A stretch of DNA of 64,000 nt from Candidatus Poribacteria bacterium (GTDB taxonomy: Bacteria > Poribacteria > WGA-4E > PCPOR2b), in assembly GCA_965198175.1 (NCBI GenBank), contig OZ240245.1, positions 224,001 to 288,000 on the forward strand. The letters are read 5' to 3'. Each line of letters opens with the position of its first letter. The stretch's first letter is position 1. Of the stretch, positions 51,642 to 61,990 are shown one piece after another. The notes under the pieces were generated by a model. It saw only the letters and a program-made list of their open reading frames with translations. It had not been told where the DNA came from and made no database searches. The position numbers and the translations under genes are program-made.

Positions 51642-52898
51642 ATGACCACAATTGAAAACACATCGCAACCCCATGAAAAACGCAATTTCATTGTATTCAT
51701 TATAAATCAGATTCTGGTGCGCATCGGCTGGATTTTTAAGACCGAAACGGTGGTCATCCCAGGGTTTCTCGATACGCATACCCCATCGGGTGTCATACGC
51801 GGGTTCCTGCCGCTTATCTCGCGAGTCGGGCAAAGTTTGCCTCAATTTCTCATCGCACACCAAGTTTCAAAGATGCCTAGGAAACAGGTCGTGTTCATAC
51901 TTTCTGCGTTCGGCATCATGATCCCTTGGCTCATATTGGGGCTGACATTAGGGTGGACGAGTTACACTGGAAATGTCATCGTAGGGTTCTTTCTGTTATC
52001 GTACACACTGCACTGGCTGATGCTCGGCTGCAATATGCTTGCAAACGGTACCCTGCAAGGAAAACTTATCCGCGCTGAGAGGCGAGGGCGTCTCATAGCT
52101 TATGCCAATACCATCGGGTGCATGCTCGCCATTGCCGCTTTTTGGTTGGTCCTGCCGCACTGGCTTCAAGAAGGAAACATGAACTATGCGTGGATATTTG
52201 GAACAACCGGAGGCTTCTTCGGTCTTGCTGCATGTGCCGGTTTGTATTTCTGGGAGCCGCCGGACTCACGCCTACAGGTAACTCCCCCTCTCCTTAAGTT
52301 TCTCGGGTCGGGCTTGATGTTGGTGCGTTATGACCGAGACTTTCGCAGGCTGGCGGCTGTAATCATGTTATTCTACGTCGTATGGTTGCTTTTCCCGCAT
52401 TACACCATTTTCGGGATGCGGAGGTTGGGATTGGCGCCAGGTAACTTTTTTACGTTGATTGCTGTACAGAATACAATAAACGCCCTTAGTTCCGGCGTGA
52501 TGGGCAACATAGCAGATCGGCGAGGCAACCGAATTGTGTTGCGTATGCTTATATTCATCGGTTCTCTAGCCCCTTTGGTAGCAATTGTTATCAGCCAGTT
52601 GACCGCGGGAGCAGACTTCTATTGGATTGTGTATGCTTTTCTGGGATTCATTCCGGTATCGAATCGTGTTGTGACGAACTACACGCTTGAGATTGCTCCG
52701 CGAGAAAAACACCCGCAATACTTGGGAGTGATGAGTCTCTTCCAAGCGCTCCCGCTGTTTGCGTCGCCTCTGCTGGGGCTGTTGATTGACCGATTCTCTT
52801 TCGAACCTGTGTTTATCTCCTGCTCCATACTGACCCTGTGGGCAGCCTTGTTAACCTTCCGGTTGACTGAACCTAGACACAACACTCGGATTCTCTAG
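51642..52898 (+). CDS. MFS transporter
   Basis: ~12 TM; RAERRGRL, GNIADRRGNR, EIAPREKHPQYLG. Confidence 0.9.
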   Translation: MTTIENTSQPHEKRNFIVFIINQILVRIGWIFKTETVVIPGFLDTHTPSGVIRGFLPLISRVGQSLPQFLIAHQVSKMPRKQVVFILSAFGIMIPWLILGLTLGWTSYTGNVIVGFFLLSYTLHWLMLGCNMLANGTLQGKLIRAERRGRLIAYANTIGCMLAIAAFWLVLPHWLQEGNMNYAWIFGTTGGFFGLAACAGLYFWEPPDSRLQVTPPLLKFLGSGLMLVRYDRDFRRLAAVIMLFYVVWLLFPHYTIFGMRRLGLAPGNFFTLIAVQNTINALSSGVMGNIADRRGNRIVLRMLIFIGSLAPLVAIVISQLTAGADFYWIVYAFLGFIPVSNRVVTNYTLEIAPREKHPQYLGVMSLFQALPLFASPLLGLLIDRFSFEPVFISCSILTLWAALLTFRLTEPRHNTRIL

Positions 52899-53070
52899 CC
52901 ATCTCCAGAGGTCAATCCACCACATTGATTGTATGTAGGTGACCATCGGCTATTTTGCCCTGCAATGCGTATTTCGCAAAATGCAAAGTTTGTTTGCCCA
53001 AGCCGCGCTGTTAGTGTTATCATAACAGGCAGCTAGTGTCCAGCACAATTTCCACGCATTGGAGTTTAAC

Positions 53071-53949
53071 ATGAAAAAGGGGAGTCGCCCTGAGACCCAT
53101 CCGGTCCTGCAATCGAGGCTTAGTTTTGTGGAACAACGAATGCGTCGGACGCGTCGGCAGCTCGAAAGGAGAACGCGACGCGCATTGGTTCCGCTTGAGA
53201 TTCAAGAAACCGTCGGAATTTCCGAAATCAAAGGCGATGTGTTGATCGTCAGCAACAATCCTCATGTTCAACAAAAAGTTGAGACAACGTTGCAGTCCGA
53301 AACGTATCAATGCGATGTTGCCCAAACTGGGATCGAAGCGATAGGGTATATGAAGCTGGGAAATTACCGCATGGTCATCTTGGATCGAACCCAACGTGGA
53401 CGATCGCAAGTTTTTCGGTACATCGAACGCTACCGTCCGCATATCAAAGTAATCTCGATAGTAAATGACCAAGACCGCGCACGAGAATCCATGGTGTGGG
53501 GCGGATATAGTTTTCTGCTGAGCGCTGACTTTGATCCGGAACAGTTGCGGACTTGTTTAATCAGCTCGCTTCAACTCAATCACCGGGTTTGCCAGATTTT
53601 GGCAAATGGGCAGCCATGCAACCGTTCTTGCATTAACAACTATCAATGGGTAAGCGACCCCAGAGAAATGGAACACGTAAGAGAATACGCGAGAGAAACG
53701 GAGCATGTAACAGAAATGGAACACGTAGACCAAGATTTTGATGATGTCGATCCCCTCCAAACTGAGCAATCCGATTTCTTCGAAGAACTGGAGGAAGTTC
53801 AGGACGAGGAGGTGTTGGAAGTCGATGAGGAGGAGTTGGAGAAAATTCAAGAGGAGAGGCTGGAGGAAGTTCAAGAGGAGGAGGCTCAAGAGGAGGAGCA
53901 ATTGGAGTTAACCGACGAAAAATCCTCCCCCTTACCAAGGGGGAGCTAG
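53071..53949 (+). CDS. Receiver(CheY)-like domain protein with acidic low-complexity tail
   Basis: VLIVSNNP..CDVAQTGIEAI..YRMVILD..PHIKVISI pattern; Glu-rich C-terminus; GGAG RBS before ATG 53071. Confidence 0.6.
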   Translation: MKKGSRPETHPVLQSRLSFVEQRMRRTRRQLERRTRRALVPLEIQETVGISEIKGDVLIVSNNPHVQQKVETTLQSETYQCDVAQTGIEAIGYMKLGNYRMVILDRTQRGRSQVFRYIERYRPHIKVISIVNDQDRARESMVWGGYSFLLSADFDPEQLRTCLISSLQLNHRVCQILANGQPCNRSCINNYQWVSDPREMEHVREYARETEHVTEMEHVDQDFDDVDPLQTEQSDFFEELEEVQDEEVLEVDEEELEKIQEERLEEVQEEEAQEEEQLELTDEKSSPLPRGS

Positions 53950-54016
53950 AGGGGGTTAGGTGTTTTGCACTCGTGATTATAACGCTGAACGCAAAAGACA
54001 GAAAGGAATGACCAAG

Positions 54017-55354
54017 ATGAGCAAGCGAGCCAAGCCCTTCGTGTTCGTTACGCTACAAGGTCCCGACGACGGGGGAGATTTCGGACCAAATACAACTGGG
54101 ACAAAAACCGGTGGCATTCAGGAGGCGCTCGACTACGCCCATGAACACTGTCGAGATGTCTATATTGTCGGTGGTCGAGGCGGTACGCATGAGGGCGAAG
54201 GTATACCAGACAACATCTATATGCTCGACGAGACGTTAAGGGTGCCTTGGAGTCAGGATTTCAAGGTCGACAGCGGCAATCCCCTTATGTTTTATCGGAA
54301 GGACAGCGGGCATGCAATTGAAATCGACAGCCAGATGAATTGCCGGTACAAGTTCGGTCTCATCGGCTCTAATTCCTGCGATGCCGCAGTTTGCATCAAA
54401 CCCAAATCGCCGGGGCCCGACGATATGAAGGTCGTTACCGCTTGCGTATTCGACTTTTCGGCAATCGTCACCGGTCACCAAGATTCAGCCGCGCTCCTGA
54501 TTGATTCGTCCGAAGGGATGATTGTCAACAGCAAAATCTTTGCTGAGGAGACGAACACAATTAAGTGCGGCGTTCATGTCACCGACAACGGCGGTGCCGG
54601 GCAATGGATTAGCAACAACCAGATTGAAGTGATGTTCGGAAATCAGATGCACTCGAAAGGCAACTGCACCGGTCTTCAACTGGGCGAAGCCGGCTCGACG
54701 AAAATCGTCCATAACCGGTTTGATATGTCCTTCCACGCACCTAGAGGCACCCATTTCGATCCTGAGAAGGCACATGTTCCCAATACAGCGGAGCGGCTCG
54801 TTACTTTGGATAACTTCACTCCGCCAAACGCAATCGGCGCAGACATCCATGCCCAGCGAAACATGCTCACCTTGTCATTCTTCGGCATTCGCAACCCTGG
54901 CAACGATATCATCTTCCAACCGGATGCGAGAGACAATACAATCTATGCGATGAATCTGCCCAACGGTATCACCAACAACGCGTCATCGCCGTCGAATCGT
55001 ATTATCCCCAATTGGCCCGTTGGATTCGACGTTGCGACGCCTGATTTTCCCGCTTCCGGGCAGCCGCTCGTGAACACAACATCTTATGCTGTACAAATCA
55101 TCATTCTCACGGCTGGTCAGATTGATCAGTGGACGCTCACAGACGCAGGAAGTACATCTCAGGCCACTCCTTACAATCTCAGCCTAGTGGACAATCTTAT
55201 GCGTCCGCCGCGCCCCCTGCAGCCGCCGCGTCCATCCGCATCGGAAACAATCGCTGGCGGTCTATTCCCGGGACAGACGCTCATTCTCAAACCCGGCGAA
55301 CAAATCCGCTTCGATTACTCGAAACCGGCAACCTGGCGTTGGATGGCTCTCTGA
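54017..55354 (+). CDS. Hypothetical protein, possible beta-helix
   Basis: DGGDFGPNTTGTKTGGIQEALDYA N-terminal motif, Asn/Gly-rich strands; ORF track start 53960. Confidence 0.65.
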   Translation: MSKRAKPFVFVTLQGPDDGGDFGPNTTGTKTGGIQEALDYAHEHCRDVYIVGGRGGTHEGEGIPDNIYMLDETLRVPWSQDFKVDSGNPLMFYRKDSGHAIEIDSQMNCRYKFGLIGSNSCDAAVCIKPKSPGPDDMKVVTACVFDFSAIVTGHQDSAALLIDSSEGMIVNSKIFAEETNTIKCGVHVTDNGGAGQWISNNQIEVMFGNQMHSKGNCTGLQLGEAGSTKIVHNRFDMSFHAPRGTHFDPEKAHVPNTAERLVTLDNFTPPNAIGADIHAQRNMLTLSFFGIRNPGNDIIFQPDARDNTIYAMNLPNGITNNASSPSNRIIPNWPVGFDVATPDFPASGQPLVNTTSYAVQIIILTAGQIDQWTLTDAGSTSQATPYNLSLVDNLMRPPRPLQPPRPSASETIAGGLFPGQTLILKPGEQIRFDYSKPATWRWMAL

Positions 55355-55453
55355 TGATTTTGCTCGTGACCTTTTATTGAGGTAACTGCCGGGGCAGAAA
55401 CTGTTGTGTTGGTCAGGTACGAACCGATCTCGATCGCCTGAAACGTACGTATC

Positions 55454-56965
55454 ATGCTCGATAAGATTCGAAAAGCGACGATTCAACTTCATCGCGCCCC
55501 GTCCGCATATTTCGATCTCGCTATCTATGCCGGGTTTCTCATCTTCGTCGTTGCACTTCCGTTCGGTCATTCAACTATCGTACTTTATGCCGGGCTAACG
55601 CTTGCACTGTTCGGGTGGATAGGGCGAATTTGCTATGAACGCAAGCTCGAATGGAAACGGACACCTTTGGATATTCCGGTCGCCCTTTTTCTCCTGCTTG
55701 CGCTGGTTGGTTCGTTCCTTGCACCGAATCCATCCAGTAGCAGTCTTGGCTATTTCTGGAAACTGTTTCGTGCGGTATTGCTGTTTTATGCGGTGATTCA
55801 CAGTCGTCTGGGTGAACGATGGCGGTATATCGTTGTTGCATTTCTCCTCGCCGGTGGGCTGTCTTCTGTGCTTGGTCTCTGGTACTACCTCAACGGCACG
55901 CATATGGGTGAGGTTCGTCTATTTAGTGTCGAGTCCAAGCTTCAAAGTGACTACGGCGAGGGATTACTCTCAGTAGACTGGCAGCAAGCGTTTGAAATTA
56001 ACGGTCGTCGATTGTCACAAAATGCGTCCATTTCTCCCGCAAGGAAGGATGCTGAATGGGTGATAAAAGATGAGGAAAACAATCGAAAGTACATTGCCAA
56101 GAAAAGCCATGAACAACTCGACGTCTACATTGTTGAACCTCGTCTTGCCGGCACATTCAAGATGCCCAACGATTTGGGCGCCTACTTGGTAATTGCCATT
56201 CCGATCGCAATGGGGTATTTCATCTCGGGTTGGCGTAATCGCCGAGACGGCAACCGGGGGGTATCTATACAATGGGGCTGGATTGTATTCCTCGGTCTCA
56301 TCTTGGGCGTAATGGCGGCGAACCTGGCGCTGACGCTTACGCGAGGCGCATGGATTGCCGTATGCTTTGCGATGATTTATATGGCAATCTGTTTTAAGCG
56401 GCGGTTATTATGGGGATTGCTGATTATCGTAGTGCTGTCACCCCTTTTGATGCCTCAAGATGTCAAAGAACGATTTGAGACAATCTGGCAGCGACCTTCG
56501 GGCTTTATGAGTGAACGCCCACAATGGTGGAAAACCTCAACTCAACTGATTGCGAAGTATCCGATAACGGGCATCGGTCTAGGCAGATTTCGTCATGAAT
56601 ACAAGTTACATGCGCCGCCGGACATGTACCACGAACCGTATCACGCGCATAACATCTATCTGCAGATTGCTGTTGAACAGGGGATCCCATCGCTGCTCCT
56701 ATTTTTCTGGATGCTTTCTCTAATCTTTCGCCAACTCTTCGCCCTGCGCAAAACCGGCGATTTCTGGCGTTCTGGCTTGTACATCGGAGGCAGCGGTTTC
56801 CTGATTTCCGCCCTGGTCTACGGGCTCGCAGACCATATTCTGCACCAACGACCGATCCTAATGTTCTGGTTCATTATAGGCATAGTTTTTTACGTGAAGT
56901 CACATGTTACAAATAGCAACGGTGAAACGACGTTAACTACGGCTCCATCGGCTTGCGAAGCATAG
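55454..56965 (+). CDS. O-antigen ligase-like (Wzy_C) membrane protein
   Basis: RLAGTFKMPNDLG, LTLTRGAW, PITGIGLGRF, HAHNIYLQIAVEQGI. Confidence 0.9.
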   Translation: MLDKIRKATIQLHRAPSAYFDLAIYAGFLIFVVALPFGHSTIVLYAGLTLALFGWIGRICYERKLEWKRTPLDIPVALFLLLALVGSFLAPNPSSSSLGYFWKLFRAVLLFYAVIHSRLGERWRYIVVAFLLAGGLSSVLGLWYYLNGTHMGEVRLFSVESKLQSDYGEGLLSVDWQQAFEINGRRLSQNASISPARKDAEWVIKDEENNRKYIAKKSHEQLDVYIVEPRLAGTFKMPNDLGAYLVIAIPIAMGYFISGWRNRRDGNRGVSIQWGWIVFLGLILGVMAANLALTLTRGAWIAVCFAMIYMAICFKRRLLWGLLIIVVLSPLLMPQDVKERFETIWQRPSGFMSERPQWWKTSTQLIAKYPITGIGLGRFRHEYKLHAPPDMYHEPYHAHNIYLQIAVEQGIPSLLLFFWMLSLIFRQLFALRKTGDFWRSGLYIGGSGFLISALVYGLADHILHQRPILMFWFIIGIVFYVKSHVTNSNGETTLTTAPSACEA

Positions 56966-57039
56966 CGGATGAAAATGAACAAGATGATGTCAAATAGACA
57001 AAAACGGATTCAAGAACTAAAGCATTTGAAGGAGGTAAA

Positions 57040-58170
57040 ATGAGAATTTGTGCCCATCTCAAACATTTGACCGGCATGCACTTTAGCCGCTATGTCTTGA
57101 AAAGTATGTCAAAAATTCGCACATTTTCAGCAGAGATGTTCCATCTGCTGTTAGTTGTCGCCATTGGCATGGCGCTCATGGGTATACCGCCAGTCGATGC
57201 CCATCAGGGAATGCACAGCGGAGATTCGCGTATCATCCCGCTAGGTGCTAAGCTAGAAAAACTGTTCGATGGTGCGTTTTTAACAGAAGGCGCGGCTGTG
57301 GCGCCGGATGGCGCGGTCTACTTCAGTGACATTACCTTTACTAACCAATCAGATATGCAGGCGGGACACATCTGGAAGTACGATCCCAGGACCGGCAAAA
57401 CCACTATTTTCCGTTCGCCTAGCGGCATGTCCAACGGGATAAAGTTTGACGCCCAGGGGCGCATGATTGCAGCCGAAGGCGCGGACTTTGGTGGCCGCCG
57501 CGTTACTCGCACGGACATGACGACAGGCAAGAGCTCCATCATCGCAGGGCTATACAATAGCCGCCCGTTCAACTCCCCGAACGACATCACAATCGATGAA
57601 ACAGGGCGTATCTACTTCAGTGATCCCCGCTACCTCGGACACGAGCCGGTCGATCAGCCCGTGATGGGGGTATATCGCATTGATACGGATGGCTCCATCC
57701 ACCGTATCATCACGGACGCGGGAAAACCGAATGGTGTTGCTGTTTCGCCGGACCAGAAGACTTTATACGTGGTGAGCCACGATAACGGCGCGACAGGCTT
57801 TAATCGCATTCCTGAGGAGGCGCCAACCCACAAAGGGCGAATGGCATTGCTGGCGTATGACCTTGCCCCGGATGGAACCGCTGCGTTTAGAAAAACGCTG
57901 GTTGACTACTATCCAGAAGATGGCCCCGACGGATTAGTCGTAGATGTGGGTGGAAATCTCTATGTCGCCGAACGAAGCCATAAACGCCCAGGGGTTACCG
58001 TCCGCTCGCCGGATGGGAAGGAACTCGCATTTATACCAACCGCACCCGACTTGCCGACCAACGTCGCCTTCGGTCGCGGTGCAGAGCGTAAAACTTTGTA
58101 CATCACAGCGGGAAAAAGCCTCTACAAAATCAACCTGATGAAGCAAGGGTATCACCTACCATCGAAATAG
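57040..58170 (+). CDS. SMP-30/gluconolactonase/LRE family protein
   Basis: TEGA, VYFSDI, SNGIKFD, FNSPNDI, KPNGVAVSPDQKTLYV, GPDGLVVD, PTNVAFG; true start may be downstream. Confidence 0.93.
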   Translation: MRICAHLKHLTGMHFSRYVLKSMSKIRTFSAEMFHLLLVVAIGMALMGIPPVDAHQGMHSGDSRIIPLGAKLEKLFDGAFLTEGAAVAPDGAVYFSDITFTNQSDMQAGHIWKYDPRTGKTTIFRSPSGMSNGIKFDAQGRMIAAEGADFGGRRVTRTDMTTGKSSIIAGLYNSRPFNSPNDITIDETGRIYFSDPRYLGHEPVDQPVMGVYRIDTDGSIHRIITDAGKPNGVAVSPDQKTLYVVSHDNGATGFNRIPEEAPTHKGRMALLAYDLAPDGTAAFRKTLVDYYPEDGPDGLVVDVGGNLYVAERSHKRPGVTVRSPDGKELAFIPTAPDLPTNVAFGRGAERKTLYITAGKSLYKINLMKQGYHLPSK

Positions 58171-58180
58171 GAACCAAAAT

Positions 58181-59257
58181 ATGGCAGAAGCAGGTCAAAG
58201 GATGGCAACCATTCTTTCTAAACAGGTAATCTGCAAACAAGCTGGGAAATATATTGGTTGGCCAACGGTTGCCAAGACGCGCCAAGGCGAACTGCTTGTG
58301 GCTTTTTCCGGCGATAGGGATGCCCATCTCTGTCCCTGGGGAAAGACATATATGGTTAGAAGCAAGGACGATGGAATGACATGGGGCGAGCCCGCCCTGA
58401 TTAACAATACGCCGCTTGACGATCGGGATGCAGGCGTTCTTGAAACACAGAAGGGCACTTTGCTGCTGACATGGTTTTCCTCGACGCTTTTCCAATCCGC
58501 GCACAAGTTTCCGCCTCGATTCAGGCGCCATGTTACCCCTGAAATGCTTACTAGTTGGAAACGGCATCAGGAAAAAATTACCACCGGGATAATTGAGAAG
58601 TGGCGTCATAGCTGGATTCGCCGTTCCGATGATGGCGGTGCAACATGGGATAATCCAATCAGGTTGCCCGCACACGCGCCGCATGGGCCAATCGAGCTTT
58701 CAGACGGGCGGTTTTTGTATGTTGGAAACAGAGGGCACTGGGTCGCCGAGTCTACAGATGACGGTAAGACATGGCAAAAAATTGGAACCGTCCCCCGCTC
58801 ACCTAGTCTCCCGGCGGTACTTGATGAACCGCACGTCGTGGAAGCCGCGGACGGAACTCTTGTCACCTTGTTTCGCTACGAACCGCCGCAAGCCGATCAA
58901 CGGTTCATGCACCAGTCGGAAAGTATGGACGGAGGCAAAACATGGTCAATCGCCCATCCCACCACCATATGGGCTGACAACCCGCCACATTTAATCCGCT
59001 TGAAAGACAATCGCCTCCTCGTTGTATACGGCAGACGAACGCCGCCCTATGGTCAGCGCGCATGCGTTAGCGGCGATGGCGGCGCCGCTTGGGACTCCGA
59101 GCACGAAATAATCCTCTGCGAGGCTCCCAATAACGACTTAGGCTATCCCGCATCAGTTCAACTAGATGATGGTTCTATCTTGACAGTCTATTACCAAGCC
59201 AACAGCCCCGACGAGAAGCCATGTCTCATGGGCACGTATTGGCGGTTAGAACCCTAA
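58181..59257 (+). CDS. BNR/Asp-box sialidase-family protein
   Basis: Asp boxes SKDDGMTW, SDDGGATW, STDDGKTW, SMDGGKTW; DLGYPASVQL. Confidence 0.88.
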   Translation: MAEAGQRMATILSKQVICKQAGKYIGWPTVAKTRQGELLVAFSGDRDAHLCPWGKTYMVRSKDDGMTWGEPALINNTPLDDRDAGVLETQKGTLLLTWFSSTLFQSAHKFPPRFRRHVTPEMLTSWKRHQEKITTGIIEKWRHSWIRRSDDGGATWDNPIRLPAHAPHGPIELSDGRFLYVGNRGHWVAESTDDGKTWQKIGTVPRSPSLPAVLDEPHVVEAADGTLVTLFRYEPPQADQRFMHQSESMDGGKTWSIAHPTTIWADNPPHLIRLKDNRLLVVYGRRTPPYGQRACVSGDGGAAWDSEHEIILCEAPNNDLGYPASVQLDDGSILTVYYQANSPDEKPCLMGTYWRLEP

Positions 59258-59487
59258 ATCATTAATCATCGTAGTAATTGTGGTTTTTGGGATTTTCCCA
59301 CCATTTCCTCTGCTTAACTATATACAGCGGGACAGGAGCGGACGCTTCAACACACGACACCCAACCAAAGATAAGCTTCCCATGTTTTTAACAGAATGTG
59401 CTTTAGTAACGGAGATTATGGACACTGACAACTATGTCCCGCTTGGTCTAGATTTCCAACTTCAGACCATCTGACGGGATTTAACAC

Positions 59488-59566
59488 GATCAAACGACCA
59501 AATAGGGAGTGCGATAGTCTTGACTGTAGGTTAACCCTATCGCCTTCCCTAATCGGTCAGTTGATT
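59488..59566. repeat. Inverted pair of GATCAA..GCGATAGT units
   Basis: 59488-59518 (+) and 59536-59566 (-). Confidence 0.75.
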
Positions 59567-59802
59567 CCTCTTTGCAAAGGTGAGGATTCTTCGATGGAAG
59601 CAGCGACGTGCGTAAACCGTCCTCTTGACTACAGTTTTTGGCAAAAACCCGGTTTCTGTTCAAGATTTCTAGACACGAATTACTCAGCCAATTACACGCC
59701 GATAAGCGGTAACGAGCGACCGCTGCTAGCAAGTCACTTAGACTGACGACTCGATCGCTATTAGAGCAACGGCTTACTGCCTCTTGCAGCGTTGTCAGGT
59801 AT

Positions 59803-61317
59803 CTATTTTTCGGGCATCAGTGGTGGTTCTTTCTCGGGCGCTTCGCGTCTTTCCCTTTCGGATTCATCCTGCTCCTCATAGGATTCATCTCGATTTCCAT
59901 TAGAATCGCCCCGGCCCTTATTTCGCCGATCCTCTCGGACAATTTCACGTTCATCTGGCGCATTTGGAATGGAGGTAGGGTCATCTATATCTTCCAACAA
60001 CTCCAGTAGCCTCTCCAATTCCTCCGCCTTAACACCGTCAGGCAATTTCCAATCCTCGGCTTGTCCCACCTGGTTGTTCATTTCGGACGGGATGATTGAT
60101 GCAGGCTGGGGTTGTTCCCAGTCTGCCGGAAATTCCGGCATCTCTAGCTCCGGTACGGCATGGCGTGGTGCAGTCCGAGGTGTTGAGTCGTGCGCTGGCG
60201 AGTCGGCTACGGATGACCAAGGTGACGTGCGGGACACGGGCTTCGGTTCGGAAGCATATGCAGGTGGTTGCGATTCTGCCTCTGACGAAGGCGCTGCTTC
60301 CGATTCGGAACGGGTAATCTCTGGTCCATCATCGTCAAACATATCAGGAAAATTCTCCCATAACTTCGCCAACCCTCGCCTCGGCGCATCAGCCGGTTTG
60401 CCGTCTGGACCCAGAAAGCCAATTTTGACGTTTTTGGGTAGTTTTTCCGCGAAAGGGAAAGGCTGTAGATATTTATGTATAGCTTCTATATCGTCACCAG
60501 ACAGTCCCATAGCGGGCCAGGTCATATCGCCGATATTTACGTCACCATGACCGTTCAACCTAAAATAGGTTGTGTCCGTTCTCATTGGAAATCGGGTCCC
60601 ATCCTTGGCTCTGCCTAACATAAAAATGCCTTCAGCCATCTGTCGTGCCAAAGTGGGGTCCTGGTTAGCTTCTTTCTCGTAATAAAAAAATTCGAGATAA
60701 TCTTGGATCTGAGCCGCCTTGAACGCTTCCCAGGAGGAGTTGGTTGGCAAACCGAGTCCACTTAACCAGAGAATTTTTCCCTCGGCGCTTGCTTGGAGAA
60801 ACATATTCTCAGCTGAAAGCAGATTAATCCTAAATGTGAGTAAGGCACGATACTCTGCGGCGCTTTCAATAATGACGCCTTTGTCCAGCAACATTTTCAG
60901 GAATTCGAATCGCGGATACTTCTGATCGGCTTCTTTCATGCGATCAATGCCGCCGAACTTTGGGTCTGTTGCTACCCCCATTTCATAAGTAGCGTCGTAA
61001 GCTTCCATAAGGGCTTGGGCAGTTTGGAGACTCTGATACGAGGTTGAAGCGGAAATCTGACGTATCCGAGAAAGCCCCTTATTCGCCGCCCCAACGACAG
61101 ATGTCTGCCAAACATTCCACACATGGTTGTTTATTGCAATCTCCTCTGACCTATCGGTCTGCCCAAAAACGGCATGCTGTCGATGTAACAGTGCCGCGAA
61201 AACACTTGCTACAACAACAGTCAGCACAATTGCAACAATCTTCCATTTCGAAAGTGGAACAAACATACGCCTAAAAGCTATCGCAATTACCTTGAACCTT
61301 GGCAACGATACATCCAT
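59803..61317 (-). CDS. Membrane-anchored hypothetical protein with disordered acidic/Pro-rich C-terminus
   Basis: AGGAG RBS, N-terminal TM, ADQKYPRFEFLKMLLDKGVIIE core. Confidence 0.75.
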   Translation of the reverse strand: MDVSLPRFKVIAIAFRRMFVPLSKWKIVAIVLTVVVASVFAALLHRQHAVFGQTDRSEEIAINNHVWNVWQTSVVGAANKGLSRIRQISASTSYQSLQTAQALMEAYDATYEMGVATDPKFGGIDRMKEADQKYPRFEFLKMLLDKGVIIESAAEYRALLTFRINLLSAENMFLQASAEGKILWLSGLGLPTNSSWEAFKAAQIQDYLEFFYYEKEANQDPTLARQMAEGIFMLGRAKDGTRFPMRTDTTYFRLNGHGDVNIGDMTWPAMGLSGDDIEAIHKYLQPFPFAEKLPKNVKIGFLGPDGKPADAPRRGLAKLWENFPDMFDDDGPEITRSESEAAPSSEAESQPPAYASEPKPVSRTSPWSSVADSPAHDSTPRTAPRHAVPELEMPEFPADWEQPQPASIIPSEMNNQVGQAEDWKLPDGVKAEELERLLELLEDIDDPTSIPNAPDEREIVREDRRNKGRGDSNGNRDESYEEQDESERERREAPEKEPPLMPEK

Positions 61318-61375
61318 ATTGGTTGCTCCTTTTGTGTTCTACCTGACGGCAGCCAAGACGTGATATCGGTAAATT

Positions 61376-61411
61376 GTAGCCGCTAGAGTGCCTCTATTTC
61401 TAAGCGGCTAC
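61376..61411 (-). other. Intergenic hairpin
   Basis: gtagccgctaga...tctaagcggctac. Confidence 0.5.
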
Positions 61412-61433
61412 GTAGTTCAGAATCCTCACGCTG

Positions 61434-61898
61434 CTACGGGACACTTGCGGTAGAAGGGCTAGCACCACCACAACTCCCAGAGGCAGTAGCAGCTTTGCTA
61501 TGCCAGGGAAACCCCGATACACTTGCGGATTGGGAAGTGCTGGAATAGCTGAACGGATTCATCACATAAAATCCGCCTGTTCCCAATATCACAGTAAACG
61601 AGATACGCACAGGCCCCGAAGCACCTTTAGCATGGGGTCCCGAAGTTGCTGTTGCGCTACCACTGCCGCTAGCACTGAACGTCCCAACACCAGGGAGATA
61701 GGCGTAGCCTGGATAGCAGGATGCCGACGCACTTGTCCAACCGAAAGAAGCAGAATTAGTACACTTTACCCAACTGCTTGTGTTCGTGTAGCTCTGGGAA
61801 GCAGAACTCCAAGCATTGCTAAAGGCATCTCTGACTCCCAATCCTAAGAGTACCACGGACATGACTAACAGCGACTTTACAAACTTCTTTAACATCAT
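61434..61898 (-). CDS. Small secreted Ser/Gly/Ala-rich protein
   Basis: AAGGAG RBS, Sec-type signal peptide, few charged residues, 3 Cys in mature part. Confidence 0.75.
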   Translation of the reverse strand: MMLKKFVKSLLVMSVVLLGLGVRDAFSNAWSSASQSYTNTSSWVKCTNSASFGWTSASASCYPGYAYLPGVGTFSASGSGSATATSGPHAKGASGPVRISFTVILGTGGFYVMNPFSYSSTSQSASVSGFPWHSKAATASGSCGGASPSTASVP

Positions 61899-61990
61899 TA
61901 ACTCCTTCCTTATTTGTTAATTGAGAGAAACTTTTGTTCCCATTGCAGACCATTCTGCAACTAAAGACATTACCTATGGCTATTTTACAC

